From: Dendrobates tinctorius
Taxonomy: Eukaryota
DNA length: 64,000 nucleotides
Reading direction: 5' to 3'
NCBI RefSeq assembly: GCF_039654945.1
Contig: NW_027361924.1
Span: forward strand, 5,890,001-5,954,000
The notes beneath the pieces are model-generated. The model did no database searches. It saw nothing but the letters and a program-made list of their open reading frames with translations, and was not told the DNA's origin. Each line of letters opens with the position of its first letter. The first letter of the stretch is position 1. Below are positions 1 through 26,287 of this stretch, one piece after another. The position numbers and the translations under genes are program-made.

Positions 1-73
1 TTCAAACTGTGCTTCAACTATGCAGTCAGGCTCTGTGATCCAAGCTGTCCATGGTGAGAACAGCAAGAACTAT

Positions 74-3000
74 GTGGCTGCAGTACAGAGTAACAGGAGG
101 GAGGTGTGGGGCTGCAGTACAGAGTAACAGGAGGGAGGTGTGGGGCTGCAGTACAGAGTGACAGGAGGGAGGTGTGGGGCTGCAGCACAGAGTGACAGGA
201 GGGAGGTGTGGGGCTGCAGTACAGAGTGACGGGAGGGAGGTGTGGGGCTGCAGTACAGAGTGACAGGAGGGAGGTGTGGGGCTGCAGTACAGAGTGACAG
301 GAGGGAGGTGTGGGGCTGCAGTACAGAGTGACAGGAGGGAGGTGTGGGGCTGCAGTACAGAGTAACAGGAGGGAGGTGTGGGGCTGCAGTACAGAGTAAC
401 AGGAGGGAGGTGTGGGGCTGCAGTACAGAGTGACAGGAGGGAGGTGTGGGGCTGCAGTACAGAGTGACGGGAGGGAGGTGTGGGGCTGCAGTACAGAGTA
501 ACAGGAGGGAGGTGTGGGGCTGCAGTACAGAGTAACAGGAGGGAGATGTGGGGCTGCAGCACAGAGTGACAGGAGGGAGATGTGGGGCTGCAGCACAGAG
601 TGACGGGAGGGAGGTGTGGGGCTGCAGTACAGAGTGACAGGAGGGAGGTGTGGGGCTGCAGTACAGAGTGACAGGAGGGAGGTGTGGGGCTGCAGTACAG
701 AGTGACAGGAGGGAGGTGTGGGGCTGCAGTACAGAGTAACAGGAGGGAGGTGTGGGGCTGCAGTACAGAGTGACAGGAGGGAGGTGTGGGGCTGCAGCAC
801 AGGGTGACAGGAGGGAGATGTGGGGCTGCAGTACAGAGTGACAGGAGGGAGATGTGGGGCTGCAGCACAGGGTGACAGGAGGGAGGTGTGGGGCTGCAGT
901 ACAGAGTAACAGGAGGGAGGTGTGGGGCTGCAGTACAGAGTGACAGGATGGAGGTGTGGGGCTGCAGCACAGAGTGACAGGAGGGAGGTGTGGGGCTGCA
1001 GTACAGAGTGACGGGAGGGAGGTGTGGGGCTGCAGTACAGAGTGACAGGAGGGAGATGTGGGGCTGCAGTACAGAGTGACAGGAGGGAGGTGTGGGGCTG
1101 CAGTACAGAGTAACAGGAGGGAGGTGTGGGGCTGCAGCACAGAGTGACAGGATGGAGGTGTGGGGCTGCAGCACAGAGTGACAGGAGGGAGGTGTGGGGC
1201 TGCAGTACAGAGTAACAGGAGGGAGGTGTGGGGCTGCAGTACAGAGTGACAGGAGGGAGGTGTGGGGCTGCAGCACAGGGTGACAGGAGGGAGATGTGGG
1301 GCTGCAGTACAGAGTGACAGGAGGGAGGTGTGGGGCTGCAGTACAGAGTGACAGGAGGGAGGTGTGGGGCTGCAGTACAGAGTAACAGGAGGGAGGTGTG
1401 GGGCTGCAGTACAGAGTGACAGGATGGAGGTGTGGGGCTGCAGCACAGAGTGACAGGAGGAAGGTGTGGGGCTGCAGTACAGAGTGACGGGAGGGAGGTG
1501 TGGGGCTGCAGCACAGGGTGACAGGAGGGAGGTGTGGGGCTGCAGCACAGAGTGACAGGAGGGAGGTGTGGGGCTGCAGCACAGAGTGACAGGAGGGAGG
1601 TGTGGGGCTGTAGCACAGAATGACAGGAGGGAGATGTGGGGCTGCAGCACAGGGTGACAGGAGGGAGGTGTGGGGCTGCAGTACAGAGTGACAGGAGGGA
1701 GGTGTGGGGCTGCAGTACAGAGTGACAGGAGGGAGGTGTGGGGCTGCAGCACAGGGTGACAGGAGGGAGATGTGGGGCTGCAGCACAGGGTGACAGGAGG
1801 GAGATGTGGGGCTGCAGTACAGAGTGACAGGAGGGAGGTGTGGGGCTGCAGTACAGAGTGACAGGAGGGAGGTGTGGGGCTGCAGCACAGGGTGACAGGA
1901 GAGAGATGTGGGGCTGCTGCGCAGGGTGACAGGAGGGAGGTGTGGGGCTGCAGCGCAGGGTGACAGGAGGGAGGTGTGGGGCTGCAGTACAGAGTGACAG
2001 GAGGGAGGTGTGGGACTGCAGCACAGGGTGACAGGAGGGAGATGTGGGGCTGCAGCACAGGGTGACAGGAGGGAGATGTGGGGCTGCAGCACAGATAGAC
2101 AGGAGGGAGGTGTGGGGCTGCAGCACAGATAGACAGGAGGGAGGTGTGGGGCTGCAGTACAGAGTAACAGGAGGGAGGTGTGGGGCTGCAGTACAGAGTG
2201 ACAGGATGGAGGTGTGGGGCTGCTTCACAGATAGACAGGAGGGAGGTGTGGGGCTGCAGTACAGAGTGACAGGAGGGAGGTGTGGGGCTGCAGTACAGAG
2301 TGACAGGATGGAGGTGTGGGGCTGCAGCACAGAGTGACGGGAGGGAGGTGTGGGGCTGCAGCACAGGGTGACGGGAGGGAGGTGTGGGGCTGCAGCACAG
2401 AGTGACAGGAGGGAGATGTGGGGCTGTAGCACAGAATGACAGGAGGGAGGTGTGGGGCTGCAGCACAGGGTGACAGGAGGGAGGTGTGGGGCTGCAGTAC
2501 AGAGTGACAGGAGGGAGATGTGGGGCTGCTTCACAGATAGACAGGAGGGAGGTGTGGGGCTGCAGTACAGGGTGACAGGAGGGAGATGTGGGGCTGCAGC
2601 ACAGGGTGACAGGAGGGAGGTGTGGGGCTGCAGTACAGGGTGACAGGAGGGAGGTGTGGGGCTGCAGCACAGGGTGACAGGAGGGAGATGTGGGGCTGCA
2701 GCACAGGGTGACAGGAGGGAGATGTGGGGCTGCAGTACAGAGTGACAGGAGGGAGATGTGGGGCTGCAGCACAGAGTGACAGGAGGGAGATGTGGGGCTG
2801 CAGCACAGGGTGACAGGAGGGAGGTGTGGGGCTGCAGCACAGAGTGACAGGAGGGAGATGTGGGGCTGCAGCACAGGGTGACAGGAGGGAGATGTGGGGC
2901 TGCAGCACAGAGTGACAGGAGGGAGGTGTGGGGCTGCAGCACAGGGTGACAGGAGGGAGGTGTGGGGCTGCAGCACAGAGTGACAGGAGGGAGATGTGGG

Positions 3001-4031
3001 GCTGCAGCACAGGGTGACAGGAGGGAGATGTGGGGCTGCAGCACAGGGTGACAGGAGGGAGGTGTGGGGCTGCAGTACAGGGTGACAGGAGGGAGGTGTG
3101 GGGCTGCAGTACAGGGTGACAGGAGGGAGGTGTGGGGCTGCAGCACAGGGTGACAGGAGGGAGGTGTGGGGCTGCAGCACAGAATGACAGGAGGGAGATG
3201 TGGGGCTGCAGCACAGGGTGACAGGAGGGAGGTGTGGGGCTGCAGTACAGAGTGACAGGAGGGAGGTGTGGGGCTGCAGCACAGGGTGACAGGAGGGAGG
3301 TGTGGGGCTGCAGCACAGGGTGACAGGAGGGAGGTGTGGGGCTGCAGCACAGGGTGACAGGAGGGAGGTGTGGGGCTGCAGCACAGAATGACAGGAGGGA
3401 GATGTGGGGCTGCAGCACAGGGTCACAGGAGGGAGGTGTGGGGCTGCAGTACAGAGTGACAGGAGGGAGGTGTGGGGCTGCAGCACAGGGTGACAGGAGG
3501 GAGGTGTGGGGCTGCAGCACAGGGTGACAGGAGGGAGGTGTGGGGCTGCAGCACAGGGTGACAGGAGGGAGTTGTGGGGCTGCAGCACAGGGTGACAGGA
3601 GGGAGGTGTGGAGCTGCAGCACAGGGTGACAGGAGGGAGGTGTGGGGCTGCAGTACAGAGTGACAGGAGGGAGGTGTGGGGCTGCAGCACAGGGTGACAG
3701 GAGGGAGGTGTGGGGCTGTAGCACAGGGTGACAGGAGGGACGTGTGGGGCTGCAGTACAGAGTGACAGGAGGGAGGTGTGGGGCTGCAGCACAGAGTGAC
3801 AGGAGGGAGGTGTGGGGCTGCAGCACAGGGTGACAGGAGGGAGTTGTGGGGCTGCAGCACAGAGTGACAGGAGGGAGGTGTGGGGCTGCAGCACAGGGTG
3901 ACAGGAGGGAGGTGTGGGGCTGCAGCACAGAGTGACAGGAGGGAGGTGTGGGGCTGCAGTACAGAGTGACAGGAGGGAGGTGTGGGGCTGCAGCACAGGG
4001 TGACAGGAGGGAGGTGTGGGGCTGCAGCACA
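74..4031. repeat. 34-bp G-rich minisatellite, about 116 copies (GGTGTGGGGCTGCAG[T/C]ACAG[A/G]GTGACAGGAGGGA)
   Basis: GCTGCAG recurs at 77, 111, 145 and onward (period 34), with few variant positions. Confidence 0.98.
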
Positions 4032-5611
4032 TGTTTTTTTACTTTATTTTTCACCTCTTAGGGACATGAATCTGTGGTCATCGGTATGCAGGAAAAAAGC
4101 AGGAAGGAAACTCACCACGCTGGTTTTGTTCAAAGTACACTGAGATAATTTAGTGAGTTAGTGAAGGGAAAATGACTGCGACACATCCATCCATTTGATA
4201 AAAGGAATCTTTATTGAAAAATTATGAAACAACTTTTAAAAAAGAAGGATCCACCATGGATAGTAACCCTGACCCGTTTCTGTCGTGTACAACACCATTA
4301 ATTCATTGATGACAACAGAATACATGGAATAGACCAAGTGTATATTGTCACAGATATACAGCCAGGGGTTCAAGCAGACCCCACCATTGTTAACACTTTG
4401 TAAAGGGAACGCAAGTCCGCTGCCTCCAATTATCAGGGCAATTAAGCAATTGACTGGCAAGTGATAGACGAGGATCCAGGATATATTTGCCCATGTAGGT
4501 CGCAGGCGTTACGTATTGTCATCATGTTTATTATTGCAATTTTATCTTTTTACACAGATGAAATGCGACATGTATAGCATCATCCATTTGAGCATTATTA
4601 AGTTGGAGGGGTTCTAGTGGTCCTACAGTGATGTGAGTGAATGCACTCTTTTTTCCCCTTCACTATGATGCCAAAAATCTTTATCCCATAAATATCGAAT
4701 CGATACAAAAACCCAATACTCACATCTGGACAATGGAGACACAAGGTCTGGAACACATTCAGAAAAATCCTTTGAACCCAGGATGTTCTCACTTGGAACA
4801 AAGGAAGCCCCTGCACTTCTCTGCCTGTGCTTGAACAGATCTCATCTTACCGTCTTTTTTCCCAACAGATATCCTGTCCATGGCACGAGGTCTCTGCTTC
4901 AATGGTTGTTCTAATAAGTTTCTCTCCCCCTAGCTATAATTATTCCCAATTCAAAAGTGATCACCTTTGTATATGGAAGTAAAATGTTTTATTGCGCCTT
5001 AATAGCTAATATTTCCACTGCCAATATTAAATATTCTCCTATGCATTCATTTTCTAGTGGTATGACATACATAACGTAAATTGCAGGATTTGCATATAAT
5101 GTGATATACCACATGGTGTGAATTGATAAAAGCGTTAATTTGTGTAACCCAAAAAAGTTATTTTTTTTTCTGCCAATTTGCGATTTTGCATCCAATACGT
5201 CCATCTCCAGTATGAGATGAAAGCGTGAATACTCCAAAATTGTTTAAAAAGAAAGCAGTAATGAAAAGAGGCGACAGGAGAGTCAGAGAATGGCGACTAC
5301 AGGCACTATCCAATGAGAGACAAAAGAAAGAAATGTCACTATTATAAATCAATCTCCAGAGCGTTTTAATACTGGTTGGGACCATATCCGAGCACCAGCC
5401 TATCCAGGAGTCCTGTACTCCTACTGACTTAATAATATCTGCAATGGTTTTGCCGTCTGTTCAGATTGAGGTTCTGCCAGAAGGACTAAATTTTCTCTTT
5501 TGCCAGAATTTTGATTTTTTTTCATACAATTAGAGATATAAGTAAATTTGCTAGATGACTGTTAAAAGACATTTATTAGATCCCAGGTTTCCACAAATAA
5601 CTGCACCTCAA

Positions 5612-6289
5612 AATCATTTCTAGAATTCGACCTTTTCTTACATTTGACTCTGCAAAAACTCTTACTGTTTCTCATATTCATTCTCGTCTGGACTATTGTA
5701 ACTCTCTTCTAATCGGTCTCCCTCTTACCAAACTCTCCCCCTCCAATCTTTCTTGAATGCTGCAGCCAGGATCGTATTTCTCACCAATCGTTACACCGAT
5801 GCCTCTACCTTGTGCCAGTCATTACACTGGCTACCCATCCACTCCAGAATCCAGTACAAACTTATTACCCTCACCCACAAAGCCCTCCATGGCTCAGCAC
5901 CACCCTAAACCTCCTCCCTTGTTTCAGTATACCACCCTACCCGTGCCCTCCGCTCTGCTGATGACCTGAGGTTGGCATCCTCAATAATCAGAACCTCCCA
6001 CTCCCGTCTCCAAGACTATACACGTGCTGCGCCAATTCTTTGGAATGCACTTCCCAGGTCAATACAATTAGTCCCCAATCCCCACAATTTTAAGCGTGCC
6101 CTGAAAACACATTTATTCAGACTGGCCTATCGCCTCAACACATTAACCTAATCTATCCCTGTGTGGCACAGCCAAAAGTTTTACCATAACCAGGTTCCAC
6201 GCATCATGTTCCCACATGCTTTATGCAATGTAAAGTGCTGCGGAATATGTCAGCGCTATAGAAATAAAATGTATTATTATTATTATTAT
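5612..6289 (+). mobile_element. L2 LINE 3' fragment
   Basis: [30 protein letters not shown]; L2-type tail TGTAAAGTGCTGCGGAATATGTCAGCGCTATA..(TAT)n. Confidence 0.9.
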
Positions 6290-6386
6290 AACTTTCCACA
6301 ATATCATGTAGATTGTTTCTGAGTCTCTCTCATTCGTTGTGCAATTTACAACAATTATAGAGTGAAAATGATAATATACTGTGTTC

Positions 6387-7185
6387 TGTTGTGAGTTCAT
6401 TTTGCCCTTCACCATTGAGGTCTGATGAACTCCCTCTTCTGGTGAAGGAAGGTAGTGAGGCTGATTACAAAGCACCTGAGCAGAATGATGATGACTGGGT
6501 GACTGGGATTGCTGGCTGGATATAGGGCAGCCGACCCCCTTCTGCCTTGCGGGTGATTACTCTGAGGGATTCTTGGAGACCAGTCTGATTCCTGCTCCTC
6601 AAAAGCTAAGTTTTCTGCTCTACTTTTTGCATTTGTGTTTTGGTTTTGTTTTTCCTTGTTTTTCTGGATTTCTGCCTTTCCCTGCTGGGTGAGCTGAATT
6701 CCTTTTTGCTCTGTCTTCAGATAACACCTGAGTACTGATATAGTCTTTTTGAAGCCTAGCGTCTTCAGGGCTTTTTTCCCTATCAGTCTGTTGGCTCTTG
6801 TTTTTGAGAGGGTTTTGGCGGATTGCAGACAGCAGCTTTTCTATTCTGTCCTATTTAGTTAGCTTGGGCCCCATCATTTGCTCAGCCTATCTTTCTATCT
6901 GTGTGAGTGTCTTTTCATCTTGCTTCACCGTCATTATATGTTGGGGGCTGTCTATTGCTTTGGGGTCTGCTCTGGGGCAGTTTAGATTTCCCATTCTGTC
7001 TTTAGGCCATGTAGTTCTCCGGCTGTGATCGAGGGGTCTAGGGCACCGTAGGAACCCCCCACGGCTACTGCTAGTTGTTGTTGTTAGGTTCAGGGGTCTG
7101 CAATCCGATAGTTGCCAACTTCTCTGGTTTTCTGGACTTAGCTAGTATTTCTGCTTTTGCCTCCTACGGTGACTCATTCATAACA
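6387..7185 (+). mobile_element. Solo LTR, family A (799 bp), 6-bp TSD GTGTTC
   Basis: TGTT..AACA termini; GTGTTC at 6381-6386 and 7186-7191; reverse complement of 16838-17633. Strand is relative only. Confidence 0.9.
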
Positions 7186-8232
7186 GTGTTCAAAACCATG
7201 TTTTTCCAATATTGCCTGGTACGGCCGATATGTAGACGATGTCCTACTTATGTGAACTAGTGGCATGTCGGCCATGCCACACTTTATTTGCTTTGTTATG
7301 TAAATTCCAATAATTACAATGTTCGGTTGGTCTGCAATCATCCTAAAAATGATGTTTCATTTTTTAGAAATCACATTAGCAGGAAATCCATCAACTGGCC
7401 GAGTATCTACATCCCTATTTAGGAAAGACAATGCTGGCAATACTATTTTGCAATCTACGAGTTGCCACACAAAACACACTATTAATGCAATTCTATATGG
7501 AGAATTCACAAGACTCAGATGTATTTGTTCTGATGTCTCTGTGTTTTTGCATGAAGGTTCAGTTATTATCGATAGACTACATTCTAGGGGTAACAGTAAA
7601 TTCAAAGTCCGATGTGCATTTGATGGCATAAAACAGAGATCCAGGGAGGAGATGCTTTACCAAGATAAAAAACAAAAGCCAGAACAATATAGTTTAGCAC
7701 AACTCTGATACTCCGTTAACCAGAGTTACTATCTATGGTGAATCCTTCTGTTTTTAATTTTTTTCATGATTCTTCAATAAACATTCCTTTTATCGAATAG
7801 CTGTCACTAAGTCAGATTTACAGCAGCATCTAAATGGTGAACAGCAGTGATCGTAGTTCAGCTCCAGTCGCTGCTGTTAGACACTTACACTGGCTATGTA
7901 TTATAGTCATCATCTACCACATGTTGGGGGAGCCCAGCTCCTGGACCCCCTCTACCACTTGAAAGCCCCAGCGCTGGTGAGGAGTTACGTAATTTTGCAC
8001 ATTGTAGCTTGTTCATTCATTTATCCATTATGGGATATTTAGCTATAATGGGTGTTGTGCATAAAAACGTAGATTGGAGCTGCTTCATAACGTCCTGTTT
8101 CATGAATAGTCATAAAGATCCTACAACATTTTTGAAGTTCTGTCTTGTATTTTTGGATCTCCCGCAGGACTTGATCAGGATCTGACATTGGATCCGTTTC
8201 TAGCAGGGTAACCTCACTGTGAACCTACCGTC

Positions 8233-21850
<13,618 letters not shown>

Positions 21851-23000
21851 TAAAATGAGGAAGGACTGCAATTTTTTTTATTTTGGTATGTTGTTTTGAA
21901 AGGTCATGGAAATGTCCTATGGACCAAGGTAATTCTCTTCAATCATAAAAAGTTCAATAAAATTACACTGGCGCCAACCACTCAGGAAAGGAACGGGTGA
22001 TGCTGGTGGAATAATAATAGTATTATTAGTGATAGGATGATACAGTGTGTGTGTATTGCACACTATGAGAGTGCTCAATTTGAGGACATGGTATTTACTC
22101 GTCACCCTGGACGGCTTATGATCCCATTTAAGTAGATACTGAGTAAGGTTAGCACTGATAGGACATGTATCCAGATGGGCTTTTTAGGAAAAATTGCTAA
22201 TGGGGATGGCAAGATGATTGATAAATAAAGTACACGGGTATGGTCGGAGCGCTAGATTTATATTAACTGGCACTTAAGTGGTTGCAGCGTGTATGCAGAG
22301 GTCACGGTTCAATGGATCAATAAAGGCACTCTGATGGAGTAATCTATATATATAATTGCCTTAAATTGTCCATCATCCACTTCCGTCTGGATGTCCCCGA
22401 ATCCCACAATCCACCCGCTGCATCGGAAGTATGCCGACCGCCATTTTGGAACACCCAAGTGATGCCGCTCGGATCCAGGCCACCGCTGCGACCCCGAACG
22501 CCGATGCGATCGCGACCGCCGCTGGGATCCCAGGTGCTGCTTGGGTGCGGCCACCCTCTGGTGGCGCAGCACACCATCTCCAGCACAGGCCGCAAAACAT
22601 CGTCTTTCCTGCCGGTTGTGACTGCACGGAAGTGAGTAGGCCGCCACCCCCAGCACCACAAAGCTGCCCCCATCGTGATGTTACTGCCCTTCCGATGTGA
22701 TAGCATCGGGCACAAATCTAGTATATATATAAATGTACCAACTGTAAGGCGATAGTCCTCCTTCATATAGCAGGATGATTGGTATTACGCACTTACTTGT
22801 GCAACGTGTTGCTGGAATTAGCTGGAGTGCTGCTTGACGGTGAGGGTGCCGGTATTCAGTCAGCGCATGGGGAGGAAGGCGGGAGGACGCCAGCACCTCG
22901 TGCGCTCCAGCAGGAAGCGGCGCTGAGGACGTGGCGTGGTAGGGGGCAGAGCTTCTGTGACATCACAAAGGAAGCGAGGATGGGTGCGCGAGAGGGCACA

Positions 23001-23043
23001 AGCCGACGCTTTTCGAGGGGTATCTCCCCTCTTCGTCAGGGCT
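23001..23043 (-). ncRNA. Minimal type I hammerhead ribozyme motif (PLE-associated, slightly degenerate)
   Basis: Minus strand reads AGCCC-CUGACGA-A-GAGGG(gagaua)CCCUC-GAAA-AGCG-UC-GGCU: intact core boxes and stem II; stem III palindrome has one substitution. Confidence 0.75.
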
Positions 23044-23326
23044 GTGCAGCTTGCTTGACACTCCGTCCTTAAACACCGGCTCTCATAATGGTGATTAATG
23101 CCCTTGATTAGTGGAAATTAGTGAGCCCTGCTTGCCAACATACATATAAATAAATTAATAAAAATCATGTATCTGTATGAAAAATTAAATAAATAAATAA
23201 CTAACTACTAAAACGAGATTTTTTAATATATAAAAAATATACTGAATAGATAATAATGTTAACCTTCAGTTAACTCACTGTGAAATACTTGCGAATATCT
23301 TAGCGCTGCCTAAAAAAATGTCTTAA

Positions 23327-23876
23327 AGGGAATCTGTCACCCCATTTTTGGCCTATAAGCTGCCAGCACCGCCATCAGGAGCTTATGTACAGCATTATGT
23401 AATGCTGTAGATAAGCCCCGGATGTAACCTGAAAGAGAAGAAAAAAAGAGTTAGATTATACTCATGCGGGGGTCCGGTCCGATGGGTGTCGCCGTCCCGT
23501 CCTGCGCCTCCCATCTTCATACGATGACGTCCTCCTCCTTGCTTCTCCCTTGGCTCCTGGAGCTCTCTGACCTTTCCCTGCGCCTGTGCACTGCAGTACT
23601 TTACTCTGCCCTCAACATGGCAGATAAAGTACGCCTGCGCAGGAACCAAGGGAGAAGCAAGAAGGAGGACATCATCGTATGAAGATGGGAGGCGGCGGAC
23701 CGGACCGCGACACCCACCGCACCCGACTCCGCCCCCCGGTGAGTATAATCTAACGTGTTTTTCTTATCTTTCAGGTTTCACTGGGGGCTTATCTACAGCA
23801 TTACAGAATACTGTAGATAAGCCCCTGATGGTGGTGCCGACAGCTGATAGAGCTAAAATGGGGTGACAGATTCCCT
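23327..23876. mobile_element. T2/Kolobok-type MITE (550 bp), TTAA TSD
   Basis: TTAA|AGGGAATCTGTCACCCC..GGGGTGACAGATTCCCT|TTAA with long imperfect inverted arms. Confidence 0.92.
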
Positions 23877-26287
23877 TTAATAAAATAAAATATAAAAGAA
23901 TAGTACTAATTTGAAAAAAGCAAATAAGCTAAAATGCATACAATTCAATCTCATGATTGAGGCTTTTGGGGGCTAAACTGTTTAGAGTGAATATCCATCT
24001 TGATTCCACTCATGACATGGCCTTCAGGTAATCGCCCCTTCTAGGATTTTGATGGACCACCTGAATGCCATAGTAGGAGACCCACTTAAAGGACCGATTA
24101 TGCTTGTCTGAAAAGTGACGGGATAGTGGGTGCCCTTTAAAACCTTTATTGATGTTATCAAGGTCCTCTTTGATCCTGTCCATCAAGCGCCTTTTGGTTC
24201 TACCAACATCGATTTTGTTGCATGGACATTTGAGTATATATATGACTTGTGTTGATTGACACGTGATGTTATCTTTGATATAAAAATTATTATTACTCGT
24301 GTCTGTAAAGTACGTGAGCACCTCCCACATGACAAAAAAAATGGATGTTCGTGTATCAGTGCCTCATGAGAAGCGTTTGCTGGGTAATAATCTTTTTATC
24401 AGGAATTTTTGCTTTCTTGGTTGGTGCCAATAGAAGGCCTATATTTTGGGCTTTAGTGTAGACAAATCTAATGGTTTTATTTAAGGATTGGGGGTCGTAG
24501 CCTTTTTCCATGAATTGATCCGTTAGATACTCGGTTTCCCTATGGTATTCTTGGATGTTTGTACAATTCCTCCTTACTCTCATATATTTTGGCTTTTGGG
24601 AATATTAGTTAGCCAAACTGGCAGATGGCAACTGTTGATGTGGATAAAGCTATTTGAATCAAAATCTTTATGGAAACCCTTGGTAATAATTTGTCTTGTT
24701 TCACAAATTTGTTGGGTTAAGGAAATTTACGCTTGTCTGGCTATAGGTTGGTGTAAATTCCAGACCATAATTATTGGAATTTAGATCAGAAATAAATACT
24801 TGCAGGTCTGTTAGTGTGCCGTCCCAAACAAAAAGAATGTCATCTACAAAGCGGTGCCAGAGTCTGAGACCTTTATGCAGACCATAATTTTTGTAGATAA
24901 ACTCATGTTCCCACATCCCCACGTATACAATTGCGAAACTTGGCGCGAATCACGTGCACATAGCGGTGCCATGTATTTTGATATAGTACTGTTTGTCGTA
25001 TAAAAATTAATTATGCTTCAGAATGAATTCGATACGTTCAATGATGAATAAAATCTGAGATTCCTTGTACATTTCTAGAGCATTGACTGCGGGAGACAGC
25101 GGGTGGGCACGGTGCGGCCCACGGACCTCAGGTTTCCAGCCCCACGGCTGTCTCGGTCCACACTTTGCCCAGGTCTGGATTAGTGGATGAAAGCTAAATG
25201 AAGGAAGACTTTCTGGACAAAATAAACTTCTAGGTTGGGCAAGGTAACAAGTAAGTGGAAGTCTCCTAGACTACTGAAGGCTTCATAACCTTAAGTATGA
25301 CCAGAATAGATTTCTTGGATTAACAATTACAACTTTTTATTAAGTCATATCTCTTAGATTTGGCAAGACTTCTTGGAGAAATGTAGACTTCTTGGACTAG
25401 GGAAGATCATGTGGACCAGGCAATATCTCCTTGTCTAAGAAAGATTTTATAGACCTAAGCACTAGCAGAACACCTCTCTTGGAATAATAAAGATTACCTT
25501 GTCCAAAAGATATCTTTTAGCTGAGGGACCATTTTAGACTATGGAAGATCACATGGACCAGGGAAAGCCACTTAGACCAGAGATGTGTCCTAAACTCCTA
25601 GTCTCCTAAACTCCTAGACTCCTACTGTTGTTTTTGACAAGCAAATGTCTTAGATTAGTATCATAATCAGTGTATATTATCATGATATTCTAAAATTATG
25701 CCAGAAATGTTGACCTGTAGGGTAAAAGTATATATTTGATCTGCACCCTAGTTGCCTTTCTCTCTAATCTGCTAATAAAGTAACTGCCCTTGAAGGGGGA
25801 TAACCAGTGTGTTTTTTTCCCAAAAGGCTTAGAAATGGTTGAAAAAAAATAAAAAAAATAATAAATAACCTATTTATTTCCCAGTGTTTCGTTTAGATAA
25901 TAATACTTCCTTGGTCCCATCTTAACACAAATTGAAGCAGATAATTACATATAATTAAATGCTGGATGCTTGCATATGAGCCATTATGGCATCTGTTTCT
26001 GTTTGTATTGTATCTGGACATTGAGATGCATGTTAGAACTTTCGGCACATGTTGGATATAGTGCTTTACAAAAGGGACAGTAATGGGGTCAAAATCCACT
26101 CCATGGCAGTTCAGCAGTATAGCATTGCCCTGGTTATAGTAAAATACATTATTATAAAATACAGTGCCAAACACAAAGCTGTGGCACTAGCAATAAAGTT
26201 CCCTATGTGATTCACTATCCCTTATGTCAAATTTATGTCTAGTTGTTTATTATGTTTTTATCATCATTCGACACTATAGTAATGATC

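Larger units (their letters stand above)
4170..7815 (+). mobile_element. Decayed Penelope-like retroelement with an inverted terminal segment, interrupted by an L2 fragment and a solo LTR
   Basis: 5430-5580 reads as QIEVL..GLNF..FDFFHTIRDISKFAR. 7200-7600 reads as WYGRYVDD..FLEI..SLFRKDNAGNTIL..SCH..GEFTRLR (PLE RT and thumb). About 4170-4275 is the reverse complement of about 7720-7815. Boundaries approximate. Confidence 0.7.
21941..25085 (-). mobile_element. 5'-truncated Penelope-like element (RT, GIY-YIG endonuclease, long 3' pLTR region) inserted just after the NXPE copy 1 stop
   Basis: GTAM..FAPSFA..MWE, WHRFVDDILFVW (RT); ITCQSTQVIYILKCPCNKIDVGRTKRRL..RIKE (GIY-YIG); hammerhead motif at 23001-23043. 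The 3' boundary lies somewhere between 21941 and about 22320. Confidence 0.85.

Noticed and set aside
18-4054. 500-1320 aa Cys/Pro/His-rich ORFs on the minus strand
   Set aside because: The 34-bp unit has no minus-strand stop and cycles through all three frames, so every frame is open. No codon-position constraint is visible.
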